A stretch of 64,000 bases of DNA from Eledone cirrhosa (taxonomy: Eukaryota), in the NCBI GenBank assembly GCA_964016885.1, contig OZ024766.1, positions 16,244,001 through 16,308,000 of the forward strand, given 5' to 3'. Each line of letters opens with the position of its first letter. The stretch's first letter is position 1. Shown in pieces: positions 25,001-38,896 of the stretch. Below the pieces are notes generated by a model, which did no database searches, was not told the DNA's origin, and saw nothing but the letters and a program-made list of their open reading frames with translations. The position numbers and the translations under genes were made by a program.

Positions 25001-26289
25001 TCTGTTCTTAGCCCTCACTTAGTTATTATCGTCCTGCAGCCTATAACAGATGTTTAAGACTGGCTGCCCATGGGAACTCCTGTATGCACAGCAGGACCTG
25101 AAGAATGCGATCATATGCATTTTCAAGGTCTATAAAACGATAATATATACCTCTTAGCAATACTCCCACGATTTCTCAAAGACCTGCCACAGTGTGAATA
25201 TTTGGTGGGTTATGTTGCGCCCAGGGATAAAACAGCACTGTCCATCAGCTAGCTCGGACTCGCTACATCACTTTGCCAGAAACTTAGCATAGACTTTACC
25301 AGGGAGGCTTAACAAGGAGATCCCTCTCTATTTGGAACAATCTCTCGTGTGTCCCTTTTTATAAATTGGGATTATCACTCCCGATTGCATTGCTTGAGTG
25401 CCATTTCAGAGACCCAGGCCATCTGACACACATGAGTCGGTCATATTTGAGCTCTTTAATTGCTCTTGTGACCTCAGCCTCCGAGAGATTAGTCACCGCT
25501 ACCAGATTCACCTCATGTACATCCGAAGATGCTGTTGTGATTGGGTTTGGGAGATCAGCAAAGTATTCTCTCCATCTCATAAGGATCCATCTCTCTGAAG
25601 AGAAGAGAACCCCAGATGCACTCATGGTTGCAGGTGTGGAGAAAGATTTCTTGTAACTAATTAAAAACTAAAATAATTTGATTTTTCAATAACATGTTTC
25701 CAGGGTTTATAGATGTAAAATTTCCACTGTTAAATCTATCTCTGCTTCTTAAGTATTCTCTATTATCTCATACTGTTTCTTTTTCATTTCAGAATATCAG
25801 ATGACATTGGGATAAATTATTACTTTCAATCTTGGATACATCACCTCTATTTATCATCATTTGAAGATTAAAACGTTTTAAACAGAACTTATATAACACT
25901 GTTTATATAAATCTATCAGAATTACTGTGAAAATTATTATTTTCAATCTTGGATACATCACCTCTATTTATCATCATTTGAAGATTACAACTTTTTAAAC
26001 AGAACTTATATAACACTGTTTATATAAATCTATCAGAATTACTGTGATATATTTCCTCAGAACTGAGTTTAAAGACAAAATTCCTTTTCTTCACTGTGTG
26101 GTATATATATGAGAGATATATTTTGTATTTTAACTCAGCTTCAATAACAAAGAAGTTTGCATCATCTTCAGATCTTAACTGAGATCATAATTGAGGGAAA
26201 TATAACAGAAGTAATATTTTTTAGGAATGTAATATAAAAAATATTAAAGAATAACATCTGTAAATTCTGCCAAGGGAAGAAGAATTATT

Positions 26290-27900
26290 ATGGAAAATAT
26301 ATTGAGTGAAAAGAAGATTAAATGTGAAACAATGACTAAAGATATGGCTATTACAGAAGAGATGTCAAAGGATAGAGGAGAGAAGCCATATCACTGTGAT
26401 GTCTGTGGTAAATCATTCTTTTTTAAGGGTAATTTAACAAGCCACAAACGTACACATACCGGAGAGAAGCCATACCACTGTGATATCTGTGGTAAATCAT
26501 TCTCTCAAAATAGTAATTTAACTAGCCACATGCGTATACATACAGGTGACAAACCATATCACTGTGATATCTGTGGTAAATCATTCTCTCGAAGTAGTAT
26601 ATTAACTAGCCACATGCGTATACATACAGGTGAGAAACAATATCACTGTGATATCTGTGGTAAATCATTCTCTCAAAGTGGTCACTTAACTAGCCACAAA
26701 CGTACACATACAGGAGAGAAGCCAAATCACTGTGATATCTGTGGTAAATCATTCTCTCTAAGTAGTATATTAACTAGACACAAACGTATACATACAGGAG
26801 AGAAGCCATATCACTGTGATATCTGTGGTAAATCATTCTCTCAAAGTAGTGCCTTAACTAGCCACAAACATATACATACAGGAGAGAAGCCATATCACTG
26901 TGATATCTGTGGTAAATCATTCCATAGAAGTAGTAAATTAACTACTCACATACGTTCCCATACAGGAGAGAAGCCATATAACTGTGATATCTGTGGTAAA
27001 TCATTCTCTCAAAGTAGTATATTAACTAACCACATGTATATACATATAGGTGAGAAACCATATCGCTGTGATATCTGTGGTAAATCATTCTCTCTAAGTA
27101 GTATATTAACTTGTCACATCCGTACCCATACAGGTGACAAACCATATCACTGTGATATCTGTGCTAAATCATTCTCTGAAAGTCGTAACTTAACTAGACA
27201 CAAACGTATGCATACAGTAGAGAAGCCATATCACTGTGATATCTGTGGTAAATCATTCTTTGTTAATGGTAATTTAACTAAACACAAACATATACATACA
27301 GGAGAGAAGCCATATTGTGATATCTGTGGTAAATCATTCTCTCAAAGTGGTAGTTTAACTATACACGAACGTATACATACAGGAGACAAACCATATGTCT
27401 GTGATATCTGTGGTATATCATTCTCTGATAGTGGTAGCTTAGCTAGCCACAAACGTATACATACAAAAGAGAAGCCATATCACTGTGATATCTGTGGTAA
27501 ATCATTTTCTCAGAGTAATGCCTTAACTAGCCACAAACGTATACATACAGGAGAGAAACCATATCACTGTGATATCTGTGGTAAATCATTCTCTGAAAGT
27601 GGTAACTTAACTAGCCACAAACGTATACATACGGGAGACAAGCCATATCACTGTGATATCTGTGGTAAATCATTCTCTGATAGTAGTACCTTAACTAGCC
27701 ACAAACGTATACATACAGGAGAGAAGCCATATCACTGTGATATCTGTGGTAAATCATTCTCTGAAAGTGGTAACTTAACTAGCCACATACGTACCCATAC
27801 AGGTGAGAAGCCATATCGCTGTGATATCTGTGGTAAATCATTCTCTCAATTAAGTAGTTTAACTAAACACAAATATACCCATACAGGTAAGAAACCATAA
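26290..27900 (+). CDS. C2H2 zinc-finger protein, 18 fingers
   Basis: 536-aa ORF of tandem C2H2 repeats with the same leader and terminal finger. Confidence 0.95.
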   Translation: MENILSEKKIKCETMTKDMAITEEMSKDRGEKPYHCDVCGKSFFFKGNLTSHKRTHTGEKPYHCDICGKSFSQNSNLTSHMRIHTGDKPYHCDICGKSFSRSSILTSHMRIHTGEKQYHCDICGKSFSQSGHLTSHKRTHTGEKPNHCDICGKSFSLSSILTRHKRIHTGEKPYHCDICGKSFSQSSALTSHKHIHTGEKPYHCDICGKSFHRSSKLTTHIRSHTGEKPYNCDICGKSFSQSSILTNHMYIHIGEKPYRCDICGKSFSLSSILTCHIRTHTGDKPYHCDICAKSFSESRNLTRHKRMHTVEKPYHCDICGKSFFVNGNLTKHKHIHTGEKPYCDICGKSFSQSGSLTIHERIHTGDKPYVCDICGISFSDSGSLASHKRIHTKEKPYHCDICGKSFSQSNALTSHKRIHTGEKPYHCDICGKSFSESGNLTSHKRIHTGDKPYHCDICGKSFSDSSTLTSHKRIHTGEKPYHCDICGKSFSESGNLTSHIRTHTGEKPYRCDICGKSFSQLSSLTKHKYTHTGKKP

Positions 27901-28626
27901 CAAAGTCATATCTCATTGTCTCAAAATTGTAAATTCATTAGACACAAATACATTCATATGAGTGAGAAGCCATACCACTGTGATATTGTGGAGAAATTAT
28001 TCTCTTGTATTGCTACATTAACTACATACAAACATAAATATATACTGGAGAAAAACCATATTACTGTGATATCTGTGGAAATTGTTATCTATAAAAGCTA
28101 GCTTAACTAGACACAAACATATACATACAGGAGATAAACCATATCACTGTGATATCTGTGGAAATCATTCTCTGAAATAAGTCACTTCACTCAGTACTAA
28201 CATTTACAGAAAAGGAAACATATCATTGTGATATCTGCAGTAAATCATTCTCTAAATGTTGAGGCTTCACTACACACTAACATATACAGGAGAGGAACCA
28301 TATCACTGTGATATCAGCAGTAAATCCTTCACTAAATGTGGCTTCACTAGATACTAACATATACAGGAGAGGAACCATATCACTGTGTTGTCTGTGGTAA
28401 ATCATTTTCTAAATGTTCTGGTACCAACATAAGGTTACTTAATGTAACACAAACACAATCAGACAAGATAAAAACTATGTCACTCACCCAAAATAGTGCC
28501 ACCAATGTTGTTAATGTTTTGAATAAAACTTGTTTGTTCTGAAATTATTCTATGTTCATTTTATTTGTAGAAGTTGTAACCAAGACTTATGCTGACAAAT
28601 CTGTATGGTACAGAATTTACAAACAC

Positions 28627-28658
<32 letters not shown>

Positions 28659-29445
28659 CCAAAACCTCTATGATCTCGGTTTACAGCTGATGAAGGGTTT
28701 CTTCTCTCCTTTCATCCATATTACCATCTTAAACTTTGTTTACAGTAACCACACAGCTCCTTTCGTTTCTTATAATTTTATATATAAATATAACAAAGGA
28801 GGTGTGGTAAAGAACCAGATGGACCATATACGCACCAGAGTACTCAATACTTAGGGTAGTAGAGCGGGTAATAGGAAAATGTTTAACCCCGCCGGAAGAG
28901 CTCAGTCCGTTTCGATGGCTATTTCTGGAAACAGTCCAGAAATAACCGTCGAAATGGCTTGAGCTCTGCCGTCGGGGTTAAACATTTTCCTATATATATA
29001 TATATATATATGTATGAGTGTATATGTCAGTGTGTAGAAATTTCTGTACATGAAAATGATTATCTTTATTCGTGTATATGTATGTGCATGTTTATATGTG
29101 TTCTTATATACATGTGTGCACATCTTGATATATTTTCAGTGTCTGTTCTAGTTCTCAGAGTACAAATCCCACTGAGGTAAAGTTACTCCATGGAGCTTAT
29201 TTTACGGGTGATATGGCGCATGTCTTTCTGGCATGACACCCATAATTTGTTATAGATTAATTTTATTTTAATTTATCTTAATTTTTGATATATATAAATA
29301 CGGCCTCTGAATTGTAGTGCTAACTCTGTTGAAAGAACCTTACTGCTGTTTCTAGTTGTCAATAACCCTATTCACGCCACTGGGACGAAGCTGGTATGAT
29401 GTGTGTATTTTTAGTAGATACAGCACGTGTTACTGGTCAGTTACT

Positions 29446-31355
29446 TACTCCAGTGACTGCACCTTCTAGTCTCTTCTGCCAATGTCAGTTGTCATACAGG
29501 AGTTCATGGATGTCTTATTTAACTGACTGCTCCTTATAGTGCCTTCTTCCAATGTCAGTTGACATACAGGAGTCCATGGATGTCTTATTTAACTGACTGC
29601 TCCTTCTAGTCCCTTCTTCCATTGTCAGTTGTCATACAGGTGTCCATGGCCATATTATTTAACTGGCTACTCCAGTGATTGCTCCTTCTAGTCCCTTCTT
29701 CCAATGTCAGTTGACATAAAGTTATCCATGGCTGTCTTATTTAACTGGCTACTCCAGTGATTGCTCCTTCTAGTCCCTTCTTCCAATGTCAGTTGACATA
29801 AAGTTATCCATGGCTGTCTTATTTAACTGACTGCTCCTTTTAGTCCCTTCTTCCAATGTCAGTTGTCATACAGGAGTCCATGGCTGTCTTATTTAACAGG
29901 CTACTCCAGTGACTGCTCCTTCTAGTCCCTTCTTCCAATGTCAGTTGTCATACAGGAGTCCATGGCTGTCTTATTTAACTGGCTACTCCAATGATTGCTC
30001 CTTCTAGTCTCTTCTTCCAATCTCAGTTGTCATACAGGTGTCCATGGCTGTCTTATTTAACTGGCTACTCCAGTGACTGCTCCTTCTAGTCCCTTCTTCC
30101 AATGTTAGTTGTCATACAGGAGTCCATGGCTGTCTTATTTAACTTGCTACTCCAATGATTGCTCCTTCTAGTCTCTTCTTCCAATCTCAGTTGTCATACA
30201 GGTGTCCATGGCTGTCTTATTTAACTGGCTACTCCAGTGACTGCTCCTTCTAGTCCATTCTTCCAATGTTAGTTGTCATACAGGAGTCCATGGCTGACTT
30301 ATTTAACTGGCTACTCCAGTGACTGCTCCTTCTAGTCCCTTCTTCCAATGTCAGTTGTCATACAGGAGTCCATGGCTGTCTTATTTAACTGGCTACTCCA
30401 GTGACTGCTCCTTCTAGTCCCTTCTTCCAATGTTAGTTGTCATACAGGAGTATCTGGCTGTCTTATTTAACTGGCTACTCCAGTGACTGCTCCTTCTAGT
30501 CCCTTCTTCCAATGTCAGTTGTCATACAGGAGTCCATGGCTGTCTTATTTAACTGGCTACTCCGGTGACTGCTCCTTCTAGTCCCTTCTTCCAATGTCAG
30601 TTGTCATACAGGAGTCCATGGCTGTCTTATTTAACTGGCTACTCCAGTGATTGCTCCTTCTAGTCTCTTCTTCCAATGTCAGTTGTCATACAGGTGTCCA
30701 TGGCTGACTTATTTAACTGGCTACTGCAGTGACTGCTCCTTCTAGTCTCTTCTTCCAATGTCAGTTGTCATACAGGTGTCCATGGCTGTCTTATTTAACT
30801 GGCTACTCCAGTGACTGCTCCTTCTAGTCTCTTCTTCCAATGTCAGTTGTCATACGGGTGTCCATGGCTGTCTTATTTAACTGGCTACTCCAGCGTCTGC
30901 TCCTTCTAGTCTCTTCTTCCAAAGTCAGTTGTCATATAGGTGTCCATGGCTGACTTATTTAACTGGCTACTCCAATGACTACTCCTTCTAGTCCCTTCTT
31001 CCAATGTCAGTTGTCCTACAGGAGTCCATGACTGTCTTATTTAACTGGCTATTCCAGTGACTGCTCCTTCTAGTCTCTTCTTCCAATGTCAATTGTCATA
31101 CAGGTGTCCATGGCTGTCTTATTTAACTGGCTACTCCAGATACTGCTCCTTCTAGTCTCTTCTTCCAATATCAGTTGTCATACAGGTGTCCATGGCTGTC
31201 TTATTTAACTGGCTACTCCAGGGACTGCTCCTTCTAGTCCCTTCTTCCAATGTCAGTTGTCATACAGGAGTCCATGGCTGTCTTATTTAACTGGCTACTC
31301 CAGTGACTGCTCCTTCTTGTCTCTTCTTCCAATGTCAATTGCCATGCAGGAGTTG
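29446..31355. repeat. 82-bp minisatellite, ~23-24 copies
   Basis: Same unit, with three 70-bp variants. The left flank is deleted. Confidence 0.95.
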
Positions 31356-34300
31356 ATGTTCTTTAGATGCTTCTTGTTATTTGCTGCACTCTTCCAACAA
31401 ATCACCTGAGATCCTCAAATGACGTTGGTCCTTGAACAATATGCAGAAGAGGCTGTAAAGAAAACTCTCTCTGTTGTTGGGGTGGTCATTGTAAACATGC
31501 CCAATAGCATCACTTGCCTTGACTTCATCACCTTCCACTAAATGACCCTGCTTCCTTTGATTCCAAGTCTTACAATAGGTCCAGGTGTAGTATTTTGGGA
31601 TGTCAGCATATAGGAGGGATCGAACAAATTCTTTATTCTGGCAGTGTTTCAAAACAGCAGAGTAGTGTCAGGTGGTGCTGGTGTCAACTGATGAGCAGTG
31701 GTTTCAGTGAAGTACACACCCTGTCCATTTTCTATATGTATAGAGATAAGGATGAAAAGCAAAGTTAATCCCTCAGAGGTTAGCTTTGCCTTTCATCCCT
31801 ACGGGGTCGATAACATAAAGTACCAGTAATGTACTGCCGTATTGCTGGCCTAGTGCCTAATGTAGAAACAATTATTACGGGATCGATAAAATAAAGTACC
31901 AGTAATTCAATGATTTATTTACTGGCCTTGTGCCAAAAGTAGAAACAATTATCACCTTTCTTTTTAATAAATCACATCACTATAGAATTAAATACGACTG
32001 GAAATGTGTGTGAAGGTACTAAATTATATCAGGGACTTTTCACGTTTGACACCGTCACGAGACTCGAAACATTCGCTAAGACACCGAGTACCTGCTGTCT
32101 TCGTTATAACTTTAATTAATCTAATTATATCTTGTGTAACAATTATATATATATATATATACACACACACAATTTTAATTCCCCGACATCAGTCTTACAC
32201 TGTCATATCTATTCTTACTTTACAATTGTGTCTACTAAGAGTTCCATTACAATCTGTAGTAGTAAAACTACTATTTCACCAGAACATCTGCTATCAGTCA
32301 TTTATAGACAATATATATATTTTAGACCACATATCAACCTAATATATATATATTTCCTATCTAATCTGTAGCTAAAGACATAAAGTCAGCCTCACTACTT
32401 CATTCTGACAAGATATCAATTTATGACTAAAGATGAAGAAGATACACCAACGTTAATGTCGTGAAATAAAGCTGATAACATTGAAACTTCTAATTTGATA
32501 ACAAAGAGATTATTTCTTTGGTTGTTTAGTAACAACTAACAACACAATACATTGATTATATGTGAAGGAGGTAAGTTGACAAAGATTTACTTAATGTCTA
32601 TATTAATGTGTGTAAATAATATAATTATTTTAACCCTACAACGACCAGTAATTAACCAGATTCCACTGTTACATGTGATATAAAATATATTGTTATCATG
32701 ACTGTCTTTATTATTTAAATTACCTCCGTCTATTTAATTATCTTGTTCACTACCTTACATTATAAAATATAGTTTATATTTAGCTGTACCTTGTTGCTTT
32801 AAGTAAATTAAAGATATATTTATTATTTAAATTACCTCCGTCTATTTAATTATCTTGTTCACTACCTTACATTATAAAATATAGTTTATATTTAGCTGTA
32901 CCTTGTTGTTGCTTTAAGTAAATTAAAGATATATTTATTATTTAAATTACCTCCGTCTATTTAATTATCTTGTTCACTACCTTACATTATAAAATATAGT
33001 TTATATTTAGCTGTACCTTGTTGCTTTAAGTAAATTAAAGATATATTTATTATTTAAATTACCTCCGTCTATTTAATTATCTTGTTCACTACCTTACATT
33101 ATAAAATATAGTTTATATTTAGCTGTACCTTGTTATTGCTTTAAGTAAATTAATATTTTGTCTGTTTTAGTCTAAATCTCTTACAATTTAATTAACTTCA
33201 TCTACTTATGGTTGAACATTACTTTATTGTGGGTTTCATTTCATTATAATTATGTTTGAGTTAGCCATCCAAGTAGGGGTTTAGTATCTGTATTTCAGGG
33301 CACTGCTTTGATGGTGAAGGGACATCTGTTGGTGTGGGATCTCGGTGGCTGTACATACTAAGGTTCTAATACTCTAAAGAGCTAGCTGAATAACCGTCTG
33401 ATACATGTCTTGTATACAGGATCATAAATCCACGTATAGAAGAGCAGTCAGCAATGTCAGGATTAACATTCATTATAGTGAAGTGGCAGTATCGGTAGAG
33501 AGTCGGACACCGTGCTTTGAAGCACAGAGTTACGTCCCTTTATGATCTGAGTTCAAATGCCGCCGAGGTTAACTTTGCCTTACATCCATACCGGGTCGAT
33601 AAAATAAAGTACCAGTAATGTACTGGGTAATTGCTGGCCTTGTGTTTAAAATAGAAACAATTATAGTGAAGAATTTGGAGTGTAGTCTGGTGTCCACCAG
33701 GGCTCTGTTCTTAGCCCTCACTTAGTTATTATCGTCCTGCAGCCTATAACAGAGATGTTTAAGACTGGCTGCCCATGGCAACTCCTGTGTGCTCAGCAGG
33801 TCCTGAAGAATGCGATCATGTGCATTTTCCAGGTCTATAAAACGATAATATATACCTCTTAGCAATACTCCCACGATTTCTCAAAGACCTGCCACAGTGT
33901 GAATATTTGGTGGGTTATGTTGCACCCAGGGAGCAAACAGCACTGTCCATCAGCTAGCTCGGACTCGCTACATCACTTTGTCAGAAACTTAGCATATACT
34001 TTACCAGGGAGGCTTAACAAGGTGATCCCTCTCTATTTGGAACAATCTCTCTTGTCTCCCTTTTTATAAATTGGGATTATCACTCCCGATTGCCTTTGCT
34101 TGAGTGCCATTTCAGAGACCCAGGCCATCTGACACACGAGTCGGTCACATTTGAGCTCTTTAATTGCTCTTGTGACCTCAGCCTCCGAGAGATTAGTCAC
34201 CGCTACCAGATTCACCTCATGTACATCCGAAGATGCTGTTGTGATCGGGTTTGGGAGATCAGCAAAGTATTCTCTCCACCTCATGAGGATCCATCTCTCT

Positions 34301-34993
34301 GAAGAGAAGAGAACCCCAGATGCACTCATGGTTGCAGGTGTGGAGGAAGAATTCTTGTAACTAATTAAAAACTAAAATAATTTGATTTTTCAATAAAAAG
34401 TTTCCAGGGTTTATAGATGTAAAATTTCCACTGTTAAATCTATCTCTGCTTCTTAAGTATTCTCTATTATCTCATACTGTTTCTTTTTCATTTCAGAATA
34501 TCAGATGACATTGGGATAAATTATTATTTTCAATCTTGGATACATCACCTCTATTTATCATCATTTGAAGATTAAAACTTTTTAAACAGAACTTATATAA
34601 CACTGTTTATATAAATCTATCAGAATTACTGTGAAAATTATTGTTTTCAATCTTGGATACATCACCTCTATTTATCATCATTTGAAGATTAAAACTTTTT
34701 AAACAGAACTTATATAGCACTGTTTATATAAATCTATCAGAATTACTGTGATATATTTCCTCAGACCTGAGTTTAAAGACAAAATTCCTTTTCTTCACTG
34801 TGTGGTATATATATGAGAGATATATTTTGTATTTTAACTCAACTTCAATGACAAAGAAGTTTATATCATCTTCAGATATTAACTGAGATCATAATTGAGG
34901 GAATATAACAGAAGAAATATTTTTTAGGAATATAATGTAAAAAAATATTAAAGAATAACATCTGTAAATTCTGCCAAGGGAAGAAGAATTATT

Positions 34994-35935
34994 ATGGAAA
35001 ATAAATTGAGTGAAAAGAAGATTAAATGTGAAACAATGTCTAAACATATGGCTATTACAGAAGAGATGTCAAAGGATAGAGGAGAGAAACCATATCACTG
35101 TGATGTCTGTGGTAAATCATTCTCTCTAAGTCGTATATTAATTTGTCACATACGTACCCATACAGGTGACAAACCATATCACTGTGATATCTGTGGTAAA
35201 TCATTCTCTCAAAGTAGTACCTTAACTACACACAAACATATACATACAGGAGACAAGCCTTATCACTGTGATATCTGTGGTAAATCATTCTCTTTTAGTA
35301 GTAATTTAACTTCTCACATACGTACTCATACAGGAGACAAGCCTTATCACTGTGATATCTGTGGTAAATCATTCTTTAATAATATTAGTTTAACTAGACA
35401 CGAACGTACCCATTCAGGAGAGAAGCCATATCACTGTGATATCTGTGGTAAATCATTCTTTGTTAATAGTAATTTAACTAGACACAAAAGTATACATACA
35501 GGAGAGAGGCCATATCACTGTGATATCTGTGGTAAATCATTCTCTCAAAGTGGTCACTTAACTAGCCACAAACGTATACATACAGGAGAGAAGCCATATC
35601 TCTGTGATATCTGTGGTAAATCATTCTCTGATAGGAGTACCTTAACTAACCACAAACGTGTACATACAGGAGACAAGCCATATCACTGTGATATCTGTAG
35701 TAAATCATTCTCTGAAAGTGGTAACTTAACTAGCCACAAACGTATCCATACAGGAGAGAAGCCATATCACTGTCATATCTGTGGTATATCATTCTCTCAA
35801 AGTAGTCACTTAACTAAGCACTTACGTATCCATACAGGAGACACGCCATACCACTGTGATATCTGTGGTAAATCATTCTCTCAATTAAGTAATTTAACTA
35901 AACACAAATATACCCATACAGGTAAGAAACCATAA
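34994..35935 (+). CDS. C2H2 zinc-finger protein, 10 fingers
   Basis: 313-aa ORF of tandem C2H2 repeats. Confidence 0.95.
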   Translation: MENKLSEKKIKCETMSKHMAITEEMSKDRGEKPYHCDVCGKSFSLSRILICHIRTHTGDKPYHCDICGKSFSQSSTLTTHKHIHTGDKPYHCDICGKSFSFSSNLTSHIRTHTGDKPYHCDICGKSFFNNISLTRHERTHSGEKPYHCDICGKSFFVNSNLTRHKSIHTGERPYHCDICGKSFSQSGHLTSHKRIHTGEKPYLCDICGKSFSDRSTLTNHKRVHTGDKPYHCDICSKSFSESGNLTSHKRIHTGEKPYHCHICGISFSQSSHLTKHLRIHTGDTPYHCDICGKSFSQLSNLTKHKYTHTGKKP

Positions 35936-36072
35936 CAAAGTCATATCTCATTGTCTCAAAATTGTAAATTAATTAGACACAAATACATTCATATGAGTGA
36001 GAAGCTATACCACCGTGATATTGTGGAGAAATTATTCTCTTGTATTGCTACATTAACTACATACAAACATAA

Positions 36073-36234
<162 letters not shown>

Positions 36235-38143
36235 TAACATTTACAGAAAAGGAATCATATCATTGTGATATCTGCAGTAAATCATTCTCTAAATGTGGCT
36301 TCACTACACACTAACATATACAGGAGAGGAACCATATCACTGTGATGTCTGTGGTAAATCCTTCTCTAAATGTTGTGGTTTCTCTAGACACTAACATATA
36401 CAGGAGAGGAACCATATCACGGTGATGTCTGTGGTAAATCCTTCTCTAAAAGTTGTGGTTTCTCTAGATACTAACATATACAGGAGAGGAACCATATCAC
36501 TGTGATGTCTGTGGTAAATCATTCTCTAAATGTTGTGGCTTCACTAGACACTAACATATACAGGAGAGGAACCATATCACTGTGATATCTGTGGTAAATC
36601 ATTTTCTAAATGTTGTGGTACCAACATAAGGTTACTTAATGTAACACAAACACAATCAGACAAGATAAAAACCATGTCACTCACCCAAAATAGTGCCACC
36701 AATGTTGTTAATGTCTTGAATAAAACTTGTTTGTTCTGAAATTATTCTCCTTTCATTTTATTTGTAGAAGTTGTAACCAAGACTTATGCTGACAAATCTG
36801 TATGGTACAGAATTTACAAACACTATATATATATATATATATATATGTGCCAAAACATCTATGATCTCGGTTTACAGCTGATGAAGGGTTTCTTCTCTCC
36901 TTTCATCCATATTACCATCTTAAACTTTGTTTACAGTAACCACACAACTCCTTTCGTTTCTTATGATTTTATATATATATATAACAAAGGAGGTGTGGTA
37001 AAGAACCAGATGGACCATATACGCACCAGAGTACTCAATACTTACGGTAGTAGAGTGGGTAATAGGAAAATGTTTAACCCCGACGGCAGAGCTCAATCTG
37101 TTTCGACGGCTATTTCTGGAAACAGTCCAGAAATAACCATCGAAATGGCTTGAGCTCTGCCGTCGGGGTTAAACATTTTCCTATATATATATATATATAT
37201 ATGTATGAGTGTATATCTCAGTGTGTAGAAATTTCTGTCCATGAAAATGACTATCTTTATTTGTGTATATATATGTGTGTATATGTATGTGTATGTTTAT
37301 GTGTTCTTATATACGTGTGTGCACATCTTGATGTATTTTCAGTGTCTGTTCTAGTCCTCAGAGTACAAATCCCACTGAGGTAAAGTTGCTTCGTTATTTT
37401 GAGGTCAATAAATGAAATACCAGTGAAATACTGGGGGTGTGGGGTTAATTCCTCTTCTTTGTCATTGTCTGTTTGTCTACTCTTCTCTTTCTCTGTATAT
37501 ATATATATATATATCCAAAATTAAGATAAATAAAATTAATCTATATCAAATTATGGGTGTCTGCCAGAAAGACAGGCGCCATATCACTCGTAAAATAAGG
37601 TCCATGGAGCTTATTTCATGAGCGATATGGCGCCTGTCTTATTGGCATGACACCCATGATACGATTCAGATTAATTTCATTTTAATTTATCTTAATTTTG
37701 GATATATATATATATAAATAGGGCCTCTTAATTGTAGAGCTAACTCTGTTGAAAGGACCTGACTGCTGTTTCTAGTTGTCAATAACCCTATTCACGCAAC
37801 TGGGACGAAGCTGGTATGATGTGTGTATTTTTAGTAGATACAGCACGTGTTACTGGTCAGTCGCTGATTTGAACTTGATGCGTAAACACAGATGGTTGGA
37901 CTTCTTCCTTGTTGAGAATCCAAGATCTGGCTACTGTCGTTTACCAATCGATTAATTGGTGAAATATATTTCTTTAATGGAATATATACAAGGAAGATTA
38001 ATCATTTTCTAAGGTATCTATTTTTGAAGTTCTAGTTAAACTTTATTTAGTTACCTACCTAGCTATGTGTGCTTACACACTTTTACAAATTATCCCCTGT
38101 GATTGTTTCATATGTTTATTTATATGTCAATCAATTTCTAGTT

Positions 38144-38183
<40 letters not shown>

Positions 38184-38896
38184 CGTGGAAAAGTAAAATA
38201 TAGCAGAACAGACCGTTAAAAGATGTTTATTGAAAATAGCACCTATGTAATGAAGACATGACAAATTGTCCTCGCGCTCTCTCTATATATAGAGAAAAGG
38301 TGAAGTTGGAAATAGCACGGAAAATATATTTTAGGGTCTGTTTTTCTGTTATTTATCTTTTGGTTCGTCAAAGTGACATTATTGAAAATATGGGAGGGAC
38401 ATCATCATTCATCATCATTTCATTTCACGTCCGCTTTCTCCCTGCTTGCAAGGGTGGGACGGGAACTGATTCTGGCTTGATATCTACAGATGGATGCCCG
38501 TCTTAACGCCAACCTCACTTACAGTGAGTGCTGGGTACTGTCATGTTGAATGTTTTTCATGATGTTGTGGTCGGCATATTTCTGGTCATCCACCAGTCAA
38601 GGTTTATTTTCATCAACAAACTTACGCAACACTTCAATATCATGGTTTGTCTCCTGAAAAACTGATTGTATTACCTCAATTTCTTCTGGTTCTGGCATCC
38701 CGCATTGCTATTCATTGCTGGAATTCAATGAGGAGGTTGCACAGAGATTGATTGTAAATCCTGGAGGTAGATTCCACATAAATATTGCTATAACATCTTT
38801 GGGCTAGGTGTAGATAGTCGTCTGACATATTCTTTTTGTACTCCTGCCAGGGTAGATGAGATTTATTCCAGATGCTGTGAGTATAGTAGCAAACAA

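Noticed and set aside
29446-31355. 82-bp arrays as a CRISPR-like repeat-spacer system
   Set aside because: Units are contiguous with no unique spacers, there are no cas genes, the context is eukaryotic, and the unit derives from Helitron coding DNA.
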